Shown one piece after another: positions 8,988-19,434 of a DNA stretch of 64,000 nt. The notes under the pieces were generated by a model, which was not told the DNA's origin, searched no databases, and saw only the letters and a list, made by a program, of their open reading frames with translations. The stretch is from a virus. Within the stretch, counting starts at the first letter, position 1; every line of letters starts with the position of its first letter. The translations under genes were made by a program, and so were the position numbers. The DNA lies in the IMG/VR virus record IMGVR_UViG_3300029985_000017, positions 32,001-96,000 of that record; one strand, given 5' to 3'.

Positions 8988-10607
8988 ATGGCAGATGACA
9001 ACAAAAAGCTATTTACACCTCGTGAAGCTGCGCAAGCTGTGTTAGCTAAGACCTATGAGCTATTGTCTAAATCTGAAACTTTAAATAAATACGAGACAGA
9101 AAATCGTAAAGCACCCGGCGTTAAATACGGTAAAATTGAAAAAGATCAAAAACCTATTGAACGTGATTATCCAGAGTATGAAGTAAAGTCTGCGAGTTTT
9201 AAAGACTCTTCAGGAAAACGTCTTGAAAGGCAAGTTTCTCCAAGTGGTAATCCAAAAGAGGAAGCTGAAGGAAATAATAACGTAGACGGCATGGAACCAC
9301 GTTATGAATTTAAAGATAAAGTTAAGGGCGATCTAGCCAAAGAAAATGCCCAGCATATGGTTAAGTCTCAGTCAGGCATGCATACGGTTACATATAAAAT
9401 GCACAAAGCCGAAGATAAAGCTATGCCAAAACCCGATTTGGGTAAAGCTGAAACTGGACATGAAAAAGATGCTGAATTAGTGAATAACAATTATAAAAAA
9501 GAAAGAGCCCCAAACTTAAAAATGCCTAAACATAGAGAGACTAAACCAAAACTATCCCATGAACAAATGATGAATGTTAGCTGGGAGAAGCATAATTTGG
9601 CGGGCAATGTGCATAAAGAACATGCAAAAAAGTATCCAGAAAGTATTCCAGAAGCTAAGGCTATCAATGACAAACATAAAAAAGCTGCAGAGATGCATCA
9701 TGCATATTCTACAGCCAAAGCTAGTTTTCCAGATTACGATTATGAAAAATCTAATAGAGTAAAAAAAGAAGCTACTGAAAAAGCAAAAAAGCTTCATGAG
9801 GATCTTTCATCGATGGAAACTAGTGGCCATAAGGTTGGCCATGCGATAGAACATAAAAAATCAGAATCCAATATTTGCGATCTACATAAATCTGGCGAAC
9901 ATCAAATGCCTAAGCCCCATGCTTCTCATGAAGATATGATGAAGATGCCAAAAAATGCGCATGAAGAAAAAAGAGATTTTCATAATTCCGCTGAATCTAA
10001 AGAAGACAAGCTTCCACAAAATCCAGATAAAGAAGCTGATGCCGAACTTGGTGAAAAAGTAGAGCACGACGTAGAAGATCATTTTAAAGAAAATCAGGAA
10101 GCCGAAGCTAAAGAAGGACATGAACTCATGGCTAAACCAGAGAATAAATCTGAAAGTGAAACTGAAAAGTCCGTTATTCCTCGTTTAGTTCTTTCTGCTA
10201 AACTAAGCAAGTTTATGGAGCATATGCATTCTAAACGTAAAAATGCCGAAGCTCAATCGCCACAAGCCGTTGGCCATGAAGCCACTGACGCTCCGGCTCC
10301 TAGATCTACTGAAGCTGGACAGCCAATTGAAAAACGTGAAGGAGAAAGAGGAATACATCTTCCTCATTCTGAAACGGATATCGCTCCAGGATCTAAATTA
10401 AAGGGCGATATGGGCCAAAGCGGTGTGGGCTCTGATGTTCGCGATATGAAAAGGGATATAAAGCATCTTTCAAATAAAAAAACTAAGGGCGCGGATCGCA
10501 GAGAAACCATAGAACATCATGATATTAATAGAAATAGGGCAATAAATGAGCACAAACAAGTTCTTAGTGATATGAAAGCCATGCCGAAACCAAAGCTTCC
10601 AGGATAA
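8988..10607 (+). CDS. putative internal head polyprotein made of charged His-rich cassettes
   Basis: 539 aa, K/E/H-rich; many xK[S/A]E motifs; cassettes shared with ORF 2-1021 and the prohead protease. Confidence 0.6.
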   Translation: MADDNKKLFTPREAAQAVLAKTYELLSKSETLNKYETENRKAPGVKYGKIEKDQKPIERDYPEYEVKSASFKDSSGKRLERQVSPSGNPKEEAEGNNNVDGMEPRYEFKDKVKGDLAKENAQHMVKSQSGMHTVTYKMHKAEDKAMPKPDLGKAETGHEKDAELVNNNYKKERAPNLKMPKHRETKPKLSHEQMMNVSWEKHNLAGNVHKEHAKKYPESIPEAKAINDKHKKAAEMHHAYSTAKASFPDYDYEKSNRVKKEATEKAKKLHEDLSSMETSGHKVGHAIEHKKSESNICDLHKSGEHQMPKPHASHEDMMKMPKNAHEEKRDFHNSAESKEDKLPQNPDKEADAELGEKVEHDVEDHFKENQEAEAKEGHELMAKPENKSESETEKSVIPRLVLSAKLSKFMEHMHSKRKNAEAQSPQAVGHEATDAPAPRSTEAGQPIEKREGERGIHLPHSETDIAPGSKLKGDMGQSGVGSDVRDMKRDIKHLSNKKTKGADRRETIEHHDINRNRAINEHKQVLSDMKAMPKPKLPG

Positions 10608-10611
10608 TAGT

Positions 10612-10878
10612 ATGGCTAAACAAGAATTTGAAAATAAAGAAATGTCCCTAGAAGAATCAAAAGCTTATCGTGCTTCTCTGTATAAAGAAGTTAAAAAGAC
10701 TCTTACTCAAAAACAAAAACGCGATGCTTTTAAGATTTATTGGACAGAAAATAAAAAGAAATACGGAATGACTGGAAAATTAGAGCAAGTCCTTTGGTTG
10801 CATCTAGTTAGCACTGGGAATGATAGTCCTGAGAATTTTGCTAAGGGACTACAAAATTTTGGAATTAAGAAAGTTTAA
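10612..10878 (+). CDS. hypothetical protein
   Basis: 88-aa ORF directly upstream of sheath. Confidence 0.6.
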   Translation: MAKQEFENKEMSLEESKAYRASLYKEVKKTLTQKQKRDAFKIYWTENKKKYGMTGKLEQVLWLHLVSTGNDSPENFAKGLQNFGIKKV

Positions 10879-10892
10879 TAGGGAGAAATCAC

Positions 10893-13052
10893 ATGTCGCA
10901 AAGACTATCCACGACGTTCGTTAATACTAATGTTCCAGGAACATATGTTAATTATTCAGTACTTACGCAGCCTGTTGGGGTTACTTCCTCAGGTATAGCG
11001 GTTATCATGGGCGAAGCCGATGGTGGACCTAGCTTTAGCCAAACTACTTTAGCTGCTAGCCTTTATACGCCATCTCAGCTTCAGCAAATGACCCAAGTTT
11101 ATACTAGTGGTCAACTTGTTGACGGCTTTACGGCATTGTGTTCTCCTTCGAATGATGCTAATATCACGGGAACTGCTACTCAGATCTACGTTGTTAAAAC
11201 CAATACCGGTACTACAGCTACCGCTACCCTGCCTTCTTATGGTGACCTTAGTTACCTTAATTATGGTATTTTAGGCAATCAAACTCAGTATCAAGTTCTA
11301 TCTACGGCTGCAGAAGTTGCTCCTACGGTTACCGGGACCACGATCCCTGCTTTTGGAGCCCCTTTGAATGGCGCTAGTTTTACTATTCGTCTAAACGGTG
11401 GTGTTAGCCATATTATTACTTTGAGCGCAACGCCTTCTCTTCATAATAGCATTTCTACCTTGGTCACAGAACTTAATACTCTTTTAGTTGCTGTAACCGC
11501 TGCTCCTACCGGAATCACGGCTTCTCCAGGTACTCCTTTGAATACCCTCACTCTAACTGTTGGTGCTGATTCAAATGCTTATAGCGAAGGATGGGGAAAA
11601 TCGTTTGAATTGATTGATTCTACTCCCGGTGACTTGGCTGCTTTAGGTCTATCCCCAGGACTTACGATTTCTTCACAAGAAGCTGAAATTGAACAACAGA
11701 ACAGTAATTCTACTACCGGTACTAGTGAAACTCTAGCCGTTAACTCACAAATTGCTTTGTTGGTAGGTTATCAAGGTACTTCAGCAACTATCACTATTAC
11801 CAACGTGGCTTTAACTACGGCAGTAGTAGGTGGCGCTGGTATTGGTCTTAGTTTGACCTTAAGTGAATATTCCACGATTGGTCTATTGGCTTCCTTCATC
11901 AATTCTCAACCAGGATATACGGCGGCAGCTCTTCCTGCGGCTAGCAGCCAACCAGCAACTTCATTGGATGCTGTATCTGCTCAAGGAATTTGTTCTACCG
12001 AATCAGAACTTACACCAGGTAGAATTAAAATTGCTTTAGCTAATTATGAACAAGCTATGACTACTTCTAGGTTGCTTGCTTTTTCACCTACGGCAAGCGC
12101 TGGACTTCCGGCTCCTACGTCTGCTCCAGCCTATCTTGCTGGTGGCAGCAGAGGACCAACTTTGGCTATAGATATTGTGGATGCGCTTACGCTTCTTCAA
12201 AGTGTTAATTGTAATATCATTGTTCCATTGTTTTCTCAAAATGCTTCAGCAGATATCGCTGCCGGTCAAACGGATCCAAATTCAACCTACACGATTGCTG
12301 CAATTGATGCTCTATTGAAGAGCCATTGTTTGGAAATGAGCAACCCAAGTTTGAACAGGAATCGTATTTGTATCTTGTCAAATCTTGGCACATTTGCTGC
12401 AGCTGCTGCAACAGCTCAGACTTTGGCAAGCGATCGTTGTTCATTGACTTTCCAACAGGTAACGCAGGTTAATTCAACTGGAGTGGTCACGACCTTCCAG
12501 CCGTGGTATGCTGCATGTGTCGCAATGGGAATGCAACTTGGTGGTTTCTATAAAGCGATTGTTGGAAAATACGCTAATGTTATTAGCATTATCGATCCAT
12601 CAGATTACAATAACGGGAATCCAGGGGACACAAGCGAAGCTCTAACTGCTGGTTTGTTGCCATTGTATGAAGACGTTGGCGGCCCTAAGTGGGTTAGCGA
12701 TCAAACGACCTATAGCGTTGATGACAATTTCGTATACAATTCAATTCAGGCTATGTATGATGCTGACTTGATTGCTATTGACTTGAAATCTAGCTTCACG
12801 GATGCTTTCGTTGGTCAATCTCTTGCAGATGTTTCTGCTGCTTCAGCTTCAGCTTTCTTGACGCAAAAGATGGCTAGCTACATGCAATTGAAACTGATTG
12901 CTCCAAGCAATGGGGCTCCATTGGGATTCAACAATGCGAAGGTTTCCATTAACGCACCTACTATGACTATAGCGGTTAATATCTATCTTGCAACTGCGAT
13001 TTACTTTATTCCGATCAGCTTCACCATTTCAGCGGTTCAGCAATCGGCTTAA
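10893..13052 (+). CDS. contractile tail sheath protein
   Basis: 719 aa; N-terminal PGTYV...IMGEADGGP; C-terminal sheath domain (DQTTY...SIQ...IYFIPISFTI); followed by tube gene. Confidence 0.88.
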   Translation: MSQRLSTTFVNTNVPGTYVNYSVLTQPVGVTSSGIAVIMGEADGGPSFSQTTLAASLYTPSQLQQMTQVYTSGQLVDGFTALCSPSNDANITGTATQIYVVKTNTGTTATATLPSYGDLSYLNYGILGNQTQYQVLSTAAEVAPTVTGTTIPAFGAPLNGASFTIRLNGGVSHIITLSATPSLHNSISTLVTELNTLLVAVTAAPTGITASPGTPLNTLTLTVGADSNAYSEGWGKSFELIDSTPGDLAALGLSPGLTISSQEAEIEQQNSNSTTGTSETLAVNSQIALLVGYQGTSATITITNVALTTAVVGGAGIGLSLTLSEYSTIGLLASFINSQPGYTAAALPAASSQPATSLDAVSAQGICSTESELTPGRIKIALANYEQAMTTSRLLAFSPTASAGLPAPTSAPAYLAGGSRGPTLAIDIVDALTLLQSVNCNIIVPLFSQNASADIAAGQTDPNSTYTIAAIDALLKSHCLEMSNPSLNRNRICILSNLGTFAAAAATAQTLASDRCSLTFQQVTQVNSTGVVTTFQPWYAACVAMGMQLGGFYKAIVGKYANVISIIDPSDYNNGNPGDTSEALTAGLLPLYEDVGGPKWVSDQTTYSVDDNFVYNSIQAMYDADLIAIDLKSSFTDAFVGQSLADVSAASASAFLTQKMASYMQLKLIAPSNGAPLGFNNAKVSINAPTMTIAVNIYLATAIYFIPISFTISAVQQSA

Positions 13053-13075
13053 TTTTAGAATAAGGAGAAATAAAA

Positions 13076-13561
13076 ATGCCACAATCTCAAACACTTACTG
13101 GAGCAAGATGCCAGCTCTATGTCCCAAACAATGTGGGAACTCTGGTTTTAGCCGGTGTCTATGAAACGGTTTCTAAGAACGTTTCATTGGGAACTGAAGG
13201 GATCTGGACTTTAGGTCAGTATTCTGCTCATGAAGTTGCAATCACTAGTTATGAACTGGTTTCATTAAATTGCAGTGGATTCAGAGTTCTTGACTTCGGT
13301 GTGACACAAATGGGTAATTTTCCTACTCTAGCAGATCTTTTGAACTATAATAGCGTAGTTCTTAAAGTTGTCGATAGACAAAGTGGAAAAACTATTTTGG
13401 TCGTAACGGGTTGCGTTCCAAATGCGAACACGGAAAATACCAACGTAAAAGCAACCTCAAAGATTTCAATTTCTTATGTAGGCATTGCAGCATTTTCGGA
13501 AAATGAAGTCGATCCTTCTGGAAATCCAACGGATGGCGAAGGTACCCCGTCTTGGCCATAA
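13076..13561 (+). CDS. tail tube protein
   Basis: 161 aa directly after sheath; TLTGAR N-terminus; strong AAGGAG SD. Confidence 0.75.
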   Translation: MPQSQTLTGARCQLYVPNNVGTLVLAGVYETVSKNVSLGTEGIWTLGQYSAHEVAITSYELVSLNCSGFRVLDFGVTQMGNFPTLADLLNYNSVVLKVVDRQSGKTILVVTGCVPNANTENTNVKATSKISISYVGIAAFSENEVDPSGNPTDGEGTPSWP

Positions 13562-13586
13562 GTTTTTAATAATAATCAATAATATT

Positions 13587-13620
13587 GAGGGCTCCCAGTT
13601 TTCTGGGGGCCTTTTTTATT
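13587..13620 (+). terminator. Rho-independent terminator
   Basis: GGGCTCCCAG-TTTT-CTGGGGGCCT stem followed by T-run after tube gene. Confidence 0.85.
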
Positions 13621-13621
13621 T

Positions 13622-13629
13622 ATGATATA
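13622..13629 (+). promoter_or_regulatory. putative promoter motif ATGATATA
   Basis: 8 nt before terL ATG; recurs at 16499, 28664, 32537, 50844 and on minus strand at 27094, 60450, 61533. Confidence 0.5.
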
Positions 13630-13637
13630 TACTATAT

Positions 13638-15494
13638 ATGGACTTTGCCCTATTACCAGAAGATAAAAAAATTGAATTAGCAAAGTTAATGCTAACCCCC
13701 CTTAATTCTGCCTTGGAAATTAAGGATTGGGCGAAATTTTTTTTAGATCTTGAAATTCCAACCGAAAATACTGATCCAGAATCTACATCTAATCCATTAG
13801 ATGCTGCTTGGTATATTTATGAAACTTTTAAGCATAATTTAGGTAATCAAAGACCTGGCGCTATCATGATCTCTTGTCGTGAAGGCCTCAAGACTATTAT
13901 TGTTACTATATTAGAACTTTTATTGCTTATTCATTTTCAGCTAGAAATTGGACATGCTGCTGCCATTGAATCTCAGTCCTCAATTGCTCTTGGTTATATC
14001 GAAGGTTTTAAATTTAAAATCGAACCATTATTAGTAGCAATAGGTTGGATATCCCATTCTAATAATAAACGAGTTATCAAGTTCAAAACGCCTCAGGGAA
14101 AAACCCCTTTTATTAAAGTTGTAATATGTAATTCAAAAGGCATGAATGGTTTACATTCCAATGTTTTATTTTTGGATGAACTCGATCTTGCTGACAAAGC
14201 AGCTCTAAAAGAAGGTATGAATATTACTGGATTTTCTAGAGGCATTTATGGCATGATGGTTATGGTCTCCAGCTATAAATACTCATTTGGTAATGTTGCT
14301 GAAGCTATAGAAAAAGCAGATGAAATGAATTACAAGATCCTTAAATGGAATCTTATGGATTTAGCAGAGAGGTGCCCTTCTCAACGTCATAAACCAGATG
14401 GCCCAAAACAAGATATGTATGTAACTAAATCCTTACCTCTTAAGAATTTAACCGTACAAGAGTACGCGGGATTACCTGAAATTGAAAAAAGTAAATATGA
14501 TCTTATTGAACAAGCTTATGAGGGTTGTGTTAAATGTCCATTATTGCCTTTATGTAAAAAAAGACTAGCAGCTAAAGATGCATCAGCTACAGGTGGTTTT
14601 TATAAACCAATTTCCTCTGTTATTCAAAAATTTAGAGAGAATGATCCAGATATAGCTGAATCACAGCTTTTATGCCGTAGACCTGGCAGTGAAGGGTTAG
14701 TGTATCCTAGATTTAGTAAAACCGGCAATGTAATTTCTGTAAAAGAAGCCTATGAAACTTTGATAGGACCTACTAAATATAACAATGTTAGCGAAGCAAC
14801 TTTACTACATCAATTACAGGAATCTGGTGTAGAATTCTACGCCGGGGTTGATTTTGGTTTTACTCATGATTTTGTAATTTTAATTGCTGCCAAAATTCCT
14901 AATGGAGACTGGTGGCTAATGGAAACATATTCTTGCCCTGGCTTAGAATTTGATGATATGCTTGAAACTGCAAAAACTTTTAGAGATAAATATAATCCAG
15001 TTAAATGGTTTTGTGATACTGCTATGCCAGCCTATATTAAGTCATTTAATAAAAATGGCATGCGTTGTGCAGACTTCAAAAAAGATGTTTTGGGTGGGAT
15101 TGCAGCGGTTAGATCTAAGATTGTTAATTCTGCAGGTAAAAGGACTCTTAAGATTATCCAGAATGAAAGTAACAAAAGAACAATTGAGTCTATCGCCAAA
15201 CACCGGTTTTTATTGGATGGCCAAGGCAATGTTACTCCTCAACCTGCAGATGAACCAAGTATTGCCGATAAATGCGATGCCTTGAGATATTTGGGCCAAA
15301 ATCTTTGGCATGTTAAAGGAACCTATAAAGCTATGGTTGAATATACTGACGATCCCGCTAAAGTAGGTATGCCTAAAACAAATTCGAATAACATCAATGA
15401 ACAAATGCGTAACGAGATTGCTAAAAGAATCGCCGGTTCCTCCACCTATATCGGGACTTCTAAGAAGAAGGGCGGATTTCATTTCTCTCAATAA
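13638..15494 (+). CDS. terL: terminase large subunit
   Basis: Walker A-like CREGLKT, Walker B LFLDELD, nuclease YAGVDFGFTH, WFCDTA and DKCDALRY. Confidence 0.9.
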   Translation: MDFALLPEDKKIELAKLMLTPLNSALEIKDWAKFFLDLEIPTENTDPESTSNPLDAAWYIYETFKHNLGNQRPGAIMISCREGLKTIIVTILELLLLIHFQLEIGHAAAIESQSSIALGYIEGFKFKIEPLLVAIGWISHSNNKRVIKFKTPQGKTPFIKVVICNSKGMNGLHSNVLFLDELDLADKAALKEGMNITGFSRGIYGMMVMVSSYKYSFGNVAEAIEKADEMNYKILKWNLMDLAERCPSQRHKPDGPKQDMYVTKSLPLKNLTVQEYAGLPEIEKSKYDLIEQAYEGCVKCPLLPLCKKRLAAKDASATGGFYKPISSVIQKFRENDPDIAESQLLCRRPGSEGLVYPRFSKTGNVISVKEAYETLIGPTKYNNVSEATLLHQLQESGVEFYAGVDFGFTHDFVILIAAKIPNGDWWLMETYSCPGLEFDDMLETAKTFRDKYNPVKWFCDTAMPAYIKSFNKNGMRCADFKKDVLGGIAAVRSKIVNSAGKRTLKIIQNESNKRTIESIAKHRFLLDGQGNVTPQPADEPSIADKCDALRYLGQNLWHVKGTYKAMVEYTDDPAKVGMPKTNSNNINEQMRNEIAKRIAGSSTYIGTSKKKGGFHFSQ

Positions 15495-15529
15495 TAACAA
15501 TTACTTATCTTATAAATTTTTAAAAGATG

Positions 15530-15537
15530 AATCTTTA
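15530..15537 (+). promoter_or_regulatory. putative late promoter motif AATCTTTA
   Basis: Intergenic, upstream of AGGAG SD and ATG 15558. Confidence 0.55.
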
Positions 15538-15557
15538 TGTAATCAGGAGCGGAATCA

Positions 15558-16502
15558 ATGGCTACCCTTAAAACCCTAGTTTTTCTACAAGCTTATCAAA
15601 ATTCTCTCTCATCTGCCAGTCCAAATAGAAACAGTTTTAAATGGGCAAGAGAGATGGAAGCTCCTATTAATAACGCTACCTCTGAGACGTTCCAGGTTGC
15701 TCCAGGAGCCACGCAAAGCCTATTTAGCGGTTCTATATCTTTAACTCAAGATGGTACAACCCAGTATAGCCTAGCGCCTGTGCCGTTTACCACAACCTTC
15801 TATCAGCTGACCAATGTGGGCGGTACCGCTTCTGGTTTTAGGACACTAAGAGCTATCGGAGCAAACGCTACTACCCAGGTTACGACTACTATTAATGGCC
15901 CATTGCTTACCTATACCTTTACTGGCGGAACTCTTCCCAACTTGTCTTCAGTAATTCCAGGCGACAATGTTCTAATTGGAAATGCTTTTGCTGCCCAAAA
16001 TCAAGGTATTCAGCAGATTGTCTCAGTTACTTCTAACAGTTTTTCCGTAGTTAATTCGACTGGTTATGCTCAAGGACCAATCACCTTAGGCTCTAGTTAT
16101 GCAACCCAACTTCGCATTTTTAGTGGCACGGGAACTCAAATTGGGGATACTTTACAGATTTCAGGTGGATTCAGTCCAATTTCGCAGAACTCATATTTGA
16201 TTACACAAGTTACCGATTTTTATGTACAATTTTCTTATTTAGGCGCCTTACCTACAGAAGGGCCTATTACTACTGAAGCTATAGCTGTTTATTCTTCAGC
16301 TAAATCAATGATTTACCTTGAATGCGATCAAAATACTACCCTATTAATTAATGGGGCTGATATTGGTCCTCAAGTTACCCCAGTGTTTACGATTGGGAAA
16401 ACCTTCCCAGGACTATTTTTACTTAATTCGGTAGTTTATAGTCTATCAGTGATAAATAATTCAATTTCAACAGCTAACATCACACTTTTATCGTCTGAAT
16501 GA
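15558..16502 (+). CDS. putative virion structural protein (beta-rich)
   Basis: 314 aa, Ser/Thr/Gly-rich, between terL and portal. Confidence 0.55.
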   Translation: MATLKTLVFLQAYQNSLSSASPNRNSFKWAREMEAPINNATSETFQVAPGATQSLFSGSISLTQDGTTQYSLAPVPFTTTFYQLTNVGGTASGFRTLRAIGANATTQVTTTINGPLLTYTFTGGTLPNLSSVIPGDNVLIGNAFAAQNQGIQQIVSVTSNSFSVVNSTGYAQGPITLGSSYATQLRIFSGTGTQIGDTLQISGGFSPISQNSYLITQVTDFYVQFSYLGALPTEGPITTEAIAVYSSAKSMIYLECDQNTTLLINGADIGPQVTPVFTIGKTFPGLFLLNSVVYSLSVINNSISTANITLLSSE

Positions 16503-16516
16503 TATAAAGAGTATAT

Positions 16517-18364
16517 ATGAGTGATGAAAAGAAAAGCAAGATAAGCCTTAGCTTTGGTGACAGTGATGACGACACTCTTGAAAAATCCGGGCTTTCAGCT
16601 TTAGAGAGCGCCTTAAATAAGATTATTGATACTGGTGATACTTTAGCTAAAGGTGAAACTCCTCTTCAAAAGCTTATTAAGCAAACTACGGGTGAAGCTA
16701 AGAAAAAAGCGCCCGCTCTATCATTCTCTGAACTTCCAGCTCCCCAAGCCAATTTTTTAGGATTGTTTAAGCCTAGGATTAGGCTACTTCCTCCAGAACT
16801 CATCAAGACTATTCGTATTACTGACCATCTTGTAGCTGCGATCTTAAGAACTCGCGGCAACATCATGAAACTTTACGGTCATCTTAAAAAAGATCGTTTT
16901 GATGTTGGTCTTGAAATTGAGATCAAGCCTGAAATCTTAAAAGTTTTGACCCCCGAACAATATGGGAAGGTTACTGAAAGAATTAAGCGTCTTGAAAAAC
17001 TATTACTTAATTGTGGCCATGATGAAGGACTAGAACAGCAAGATCGTATGACTCTTGCCGATTTCATGAGTATTCAAACTATAAACGGACTATCATTTGC
17101 TTCTCATGGCACAGAAATTATTTATGACCGTTCCGGTGAACCTGATTCTCGTGGCAACTATCCATTTCATAGATTTAGGCCAGTAGATATTGCTACCATC
17201 TATCGCGCAGTTCGTAGGGGCGAACAAGTCGGTTCAAATCTAAGAGAATTAGCCTTGAAAGCTTTAGAGGCGATGGAAGGCCATCACTTTGATATTGATA
17301 TCTGTAAATTAAGGGAAGATAAGTACGCATGGTTGCAAGTTATTGAGATGCAGCCAAAACAAGCTTTTACACATGATGAAATGCTTGTTTATAATCTTTT
17401 TCCATCAACCGATATTGAGCACAATGGATATCCTGTTAGCCCTTTAGACACTTGTGTTAATTGTGTTACCACACATATATCTATTGAGGCCTATTGGAAG
17501 ACTTATTTTAGTAATGGTAAATCTGCTAAAGGCATGCTTGTTATCAAGAGCGATGAAGTTGATCAGCAGATGCTTGACGCTATTAAAATGCAATTCAATG
17601 CATCTATTAATTCAGTATCCAATGCGTTTAGAACCCCAATTTTTGGTATTGCAAAAGAAGATGATGTACAATGGACTTCTACTCAAGATAAACTTGAGAA
17701 TGGCGAGTTCAATTTTACTTATGACCAAGTAGCTAGAAATATTCTCTCGGCTTTTGGTGTTTCCCCAGACGAAATTCCCGGATATGGACACCTCAGCAAG
17801 GGGACAAATTCACAAACTTTATCTGAATCTAATAACGAATTTAAGATGACTGCCGCTAGGGATTCTGGACTTCGTCCTTTGATCCTAAGTTGGCAGACAT
17901 GGTTTAATCAGCGTTTATTGCCAATTATTGATAACGAACTTTCTCAAATGGTCGAAGTTAGGTTGTCTGGTTTGGATTCCCAATCTAAAGAACAGGAATC
18001 GGCTCGTTTACAACAAGACTCCGCACTTTTTCATACCTATGATTCTTTGCTAGCAGAAGTCGATGAAGATGGCCCAGGCAAAGCTTTTGGTGGTGAAGTT
18101 CCCTTTAATGAACGTTATCGTCAAGTTTTAGATTTCTACTCTAAAGTTGGAGAAGTTAGATCTAAATTCTTTGGAGATCCTGCTGGTTTAATCGATCCAC
18201 TTCTTCAATTTCAAAGAGATCCTTTTTCGCTTCAATATCTTCAACTTTTGATGCAAATTAATCCAACAGCTTTGAAAGCACAAGCAGCAGCAAAGGCACA
18301 CAATTTGAAATTCTTAAAAATGGCTATCCAAGATCTATTAGATGACGATGGTACCGAGGAGTAA
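16517..18364 (+). CDS. portal protein
   Basis: FRPVDIATI, GYPVSPLD, YFSNGKSAKGML, ILSAFGVSPDEI and GLRPLI motifs of HK97/SPO1-type portals. Confidence 0.88.
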   Translation: MSDEKKSKISLSFGDSDDDTLEKSGLSALESALNKIIDTGDTLAKGETPLQKLIKQTTGEAKKKAPALSFSELPAPQANFLGLFKPRIRLLPPELIKTIRITDHLVAAILRTRGNIMKLYGHLKKDRFDVGLEIEIKPEILKVLTPEQYGKVTERIKRLEKLLLNCGHDEGLEQQDRMTLADFMSIQTINGLSFASHGTEIIYDRSGEPDSRGNYPFHRFRPVDIATIYRAVRRGEQVGSNLRELALKALEAMEGHHFDIDICKLREDKYAWLQVIEMQPKQAFTHDEMLVYNLFPSTDIEHNGYPVSPLDTCVNCVTTHISIEAYWKTYFSNGKSAKGMLVIKSDEVDQQMLDAIKMQFNASINSVSNAFRTPIFGIAKEDDVQWTSTQDKLENGEFNFTYDQVARNILSAFGVSPDEIPGYGHLSKGTNSQTLSESNNEFKMTAARDSGLRPLILSWQTWFNQRLLPIIDNELSQMVEVRLSGLDSQSKEQESARLQQDSALFHTYDSLLAEVDEDGPGKAFGGEVPFNERYRQVLDFYSKVGEVRSKFFGDPAGLIDPLLQFQRDPFSLQYLQLLMQINPTALKAQAAAKAHNLKFLKMAIQDLLDDDGTEE

Positions 18365-18367
18365 TAT

Positions 18368-18988
18368 ATGGCCGGTCGTGTAGATTATAAACAAAAATAT
18401 GAAGAACTTAAAAGCATCTTTATGTCCAGTGTAGATAGCGCATGGCGTGATGGGTATCAACATGGAGCCCAAGATGCTCAAATGGAACAGGCACAACAAC
18501 AGCAACAACAAGCCGATGCCATGGCTCAAGCTCAGTCAGGACAACCTCAACCCAGCGAAGAAGCGGCTCCAGGTGAAGAAGCTTCTGGTCAAGAACAACC
18601 ACAAACTCCAAATTCTCAGAATCCCAATGGTGACGAACTTGATCAACATATTCAAAAATTAGAAGGTATGCTTGGTAAGTCGGAAATCTCTTCCTTGGAA
18701 CTACAAGATCTTAAAAAGACCCTTTCTGATATTCGCAGCCTTCAGGTCCAGATTAACCTAACCAAATCAATGGAGAGCATCAAGAAAACTAAATTGGGTG
18801 GTTTGAATAAGTCTTTAAACTTTAGTCCCAAAACTAAAGCTAATTTGCCAGAAATTGCCAAAAAAACTCTTACACTTCAAGAAAAAATAGTTAATGATGT
18901 TTTTAGTAAATGGGCATCAGATGAGGCCAAAGCCTCTAGTGATATACATAGTGCATTGAACATTGAAAATATTACTAAAAAGGACTAA
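18368..18988 (+). CDS. hypothetical head-associated protein (Gln-rich linker)
   Basis: 206 aa after portal; LGKSE, LTKSM and LNKSL motifs. Confidence 0.55.
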   Translation: MAGRVDYKQKYEELKSIFMSSVDSAWRDGYQHGAQDAQMEQAQQQQQQADAMAQAQSGQPQPSEEAAPGEEASGQEQPQTPNSQNPNGDELDQHIQKLEGMLGKSEISSLELQDLKKTLSDIRSLQVQINLTKSMESIKKTKLGGLNKSLNFSPKTKANLPEIAKKTLTLQEKIVNDVFSKWASDEAKASSDIHSALNIENITKKD

Positions 18989-18990
18989 TT

Positions 18991-19431
18991 ATGGAAAACA
19001 AAACCATTGAAGCACTTGAAAAATTAATTCAAATTAAAGACGAAACGATTAAAGAACTTGAAAAGCAAATTCAATTACTTAAAAATCAACCTATTCAACA
19101 GCCTATTACAGTTCCATATTATCCGCAACCATTCACCGCACCATGGTACCCTAATCCTATTATCGGTCCTACCACCAACCCTTTTACTAACCCACTTAGT
19201 CCCCCTTATATTATCACTAGTACTGGAACTACAGGCCCAGATACTCCCAATCTATCAATTACTTCAAACCAAGTTCTTCCTCCTGGATCGCAACAATTTA
19301 ATGTGCCCAATATCACTACTTCCGGATACATAGCACCAGCCACTGACATTAATTATGCTAATCAACAGTTTGCAGGACCTCAAGTCACCAATAGCACTAA
19401 TGTAGCTCATCTCTACAAAACTGGATGTTAA
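18991..19431 (+). CDS. hypothetical protein, coiled-coil plus Pro-rich tail
   Basis: 146 aa; PYYPQPFTAPWYPNP low-complexity region. Confidence 0.55.
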   Translation: MENKTIEALEKLIQIKDETIKELEKQIQLLKNQPIQQPITVPYYPQPFTAPWYPNPIIGPTTNPFTNPLSPPYIITSTGTTGPDTPNLSITSNQVLPPGSQQFNVPNITTSGYIAPATDINYANQQFAGPQVTNSTNVAHLYKTGC

Positions 19432-19434
19432 TTC

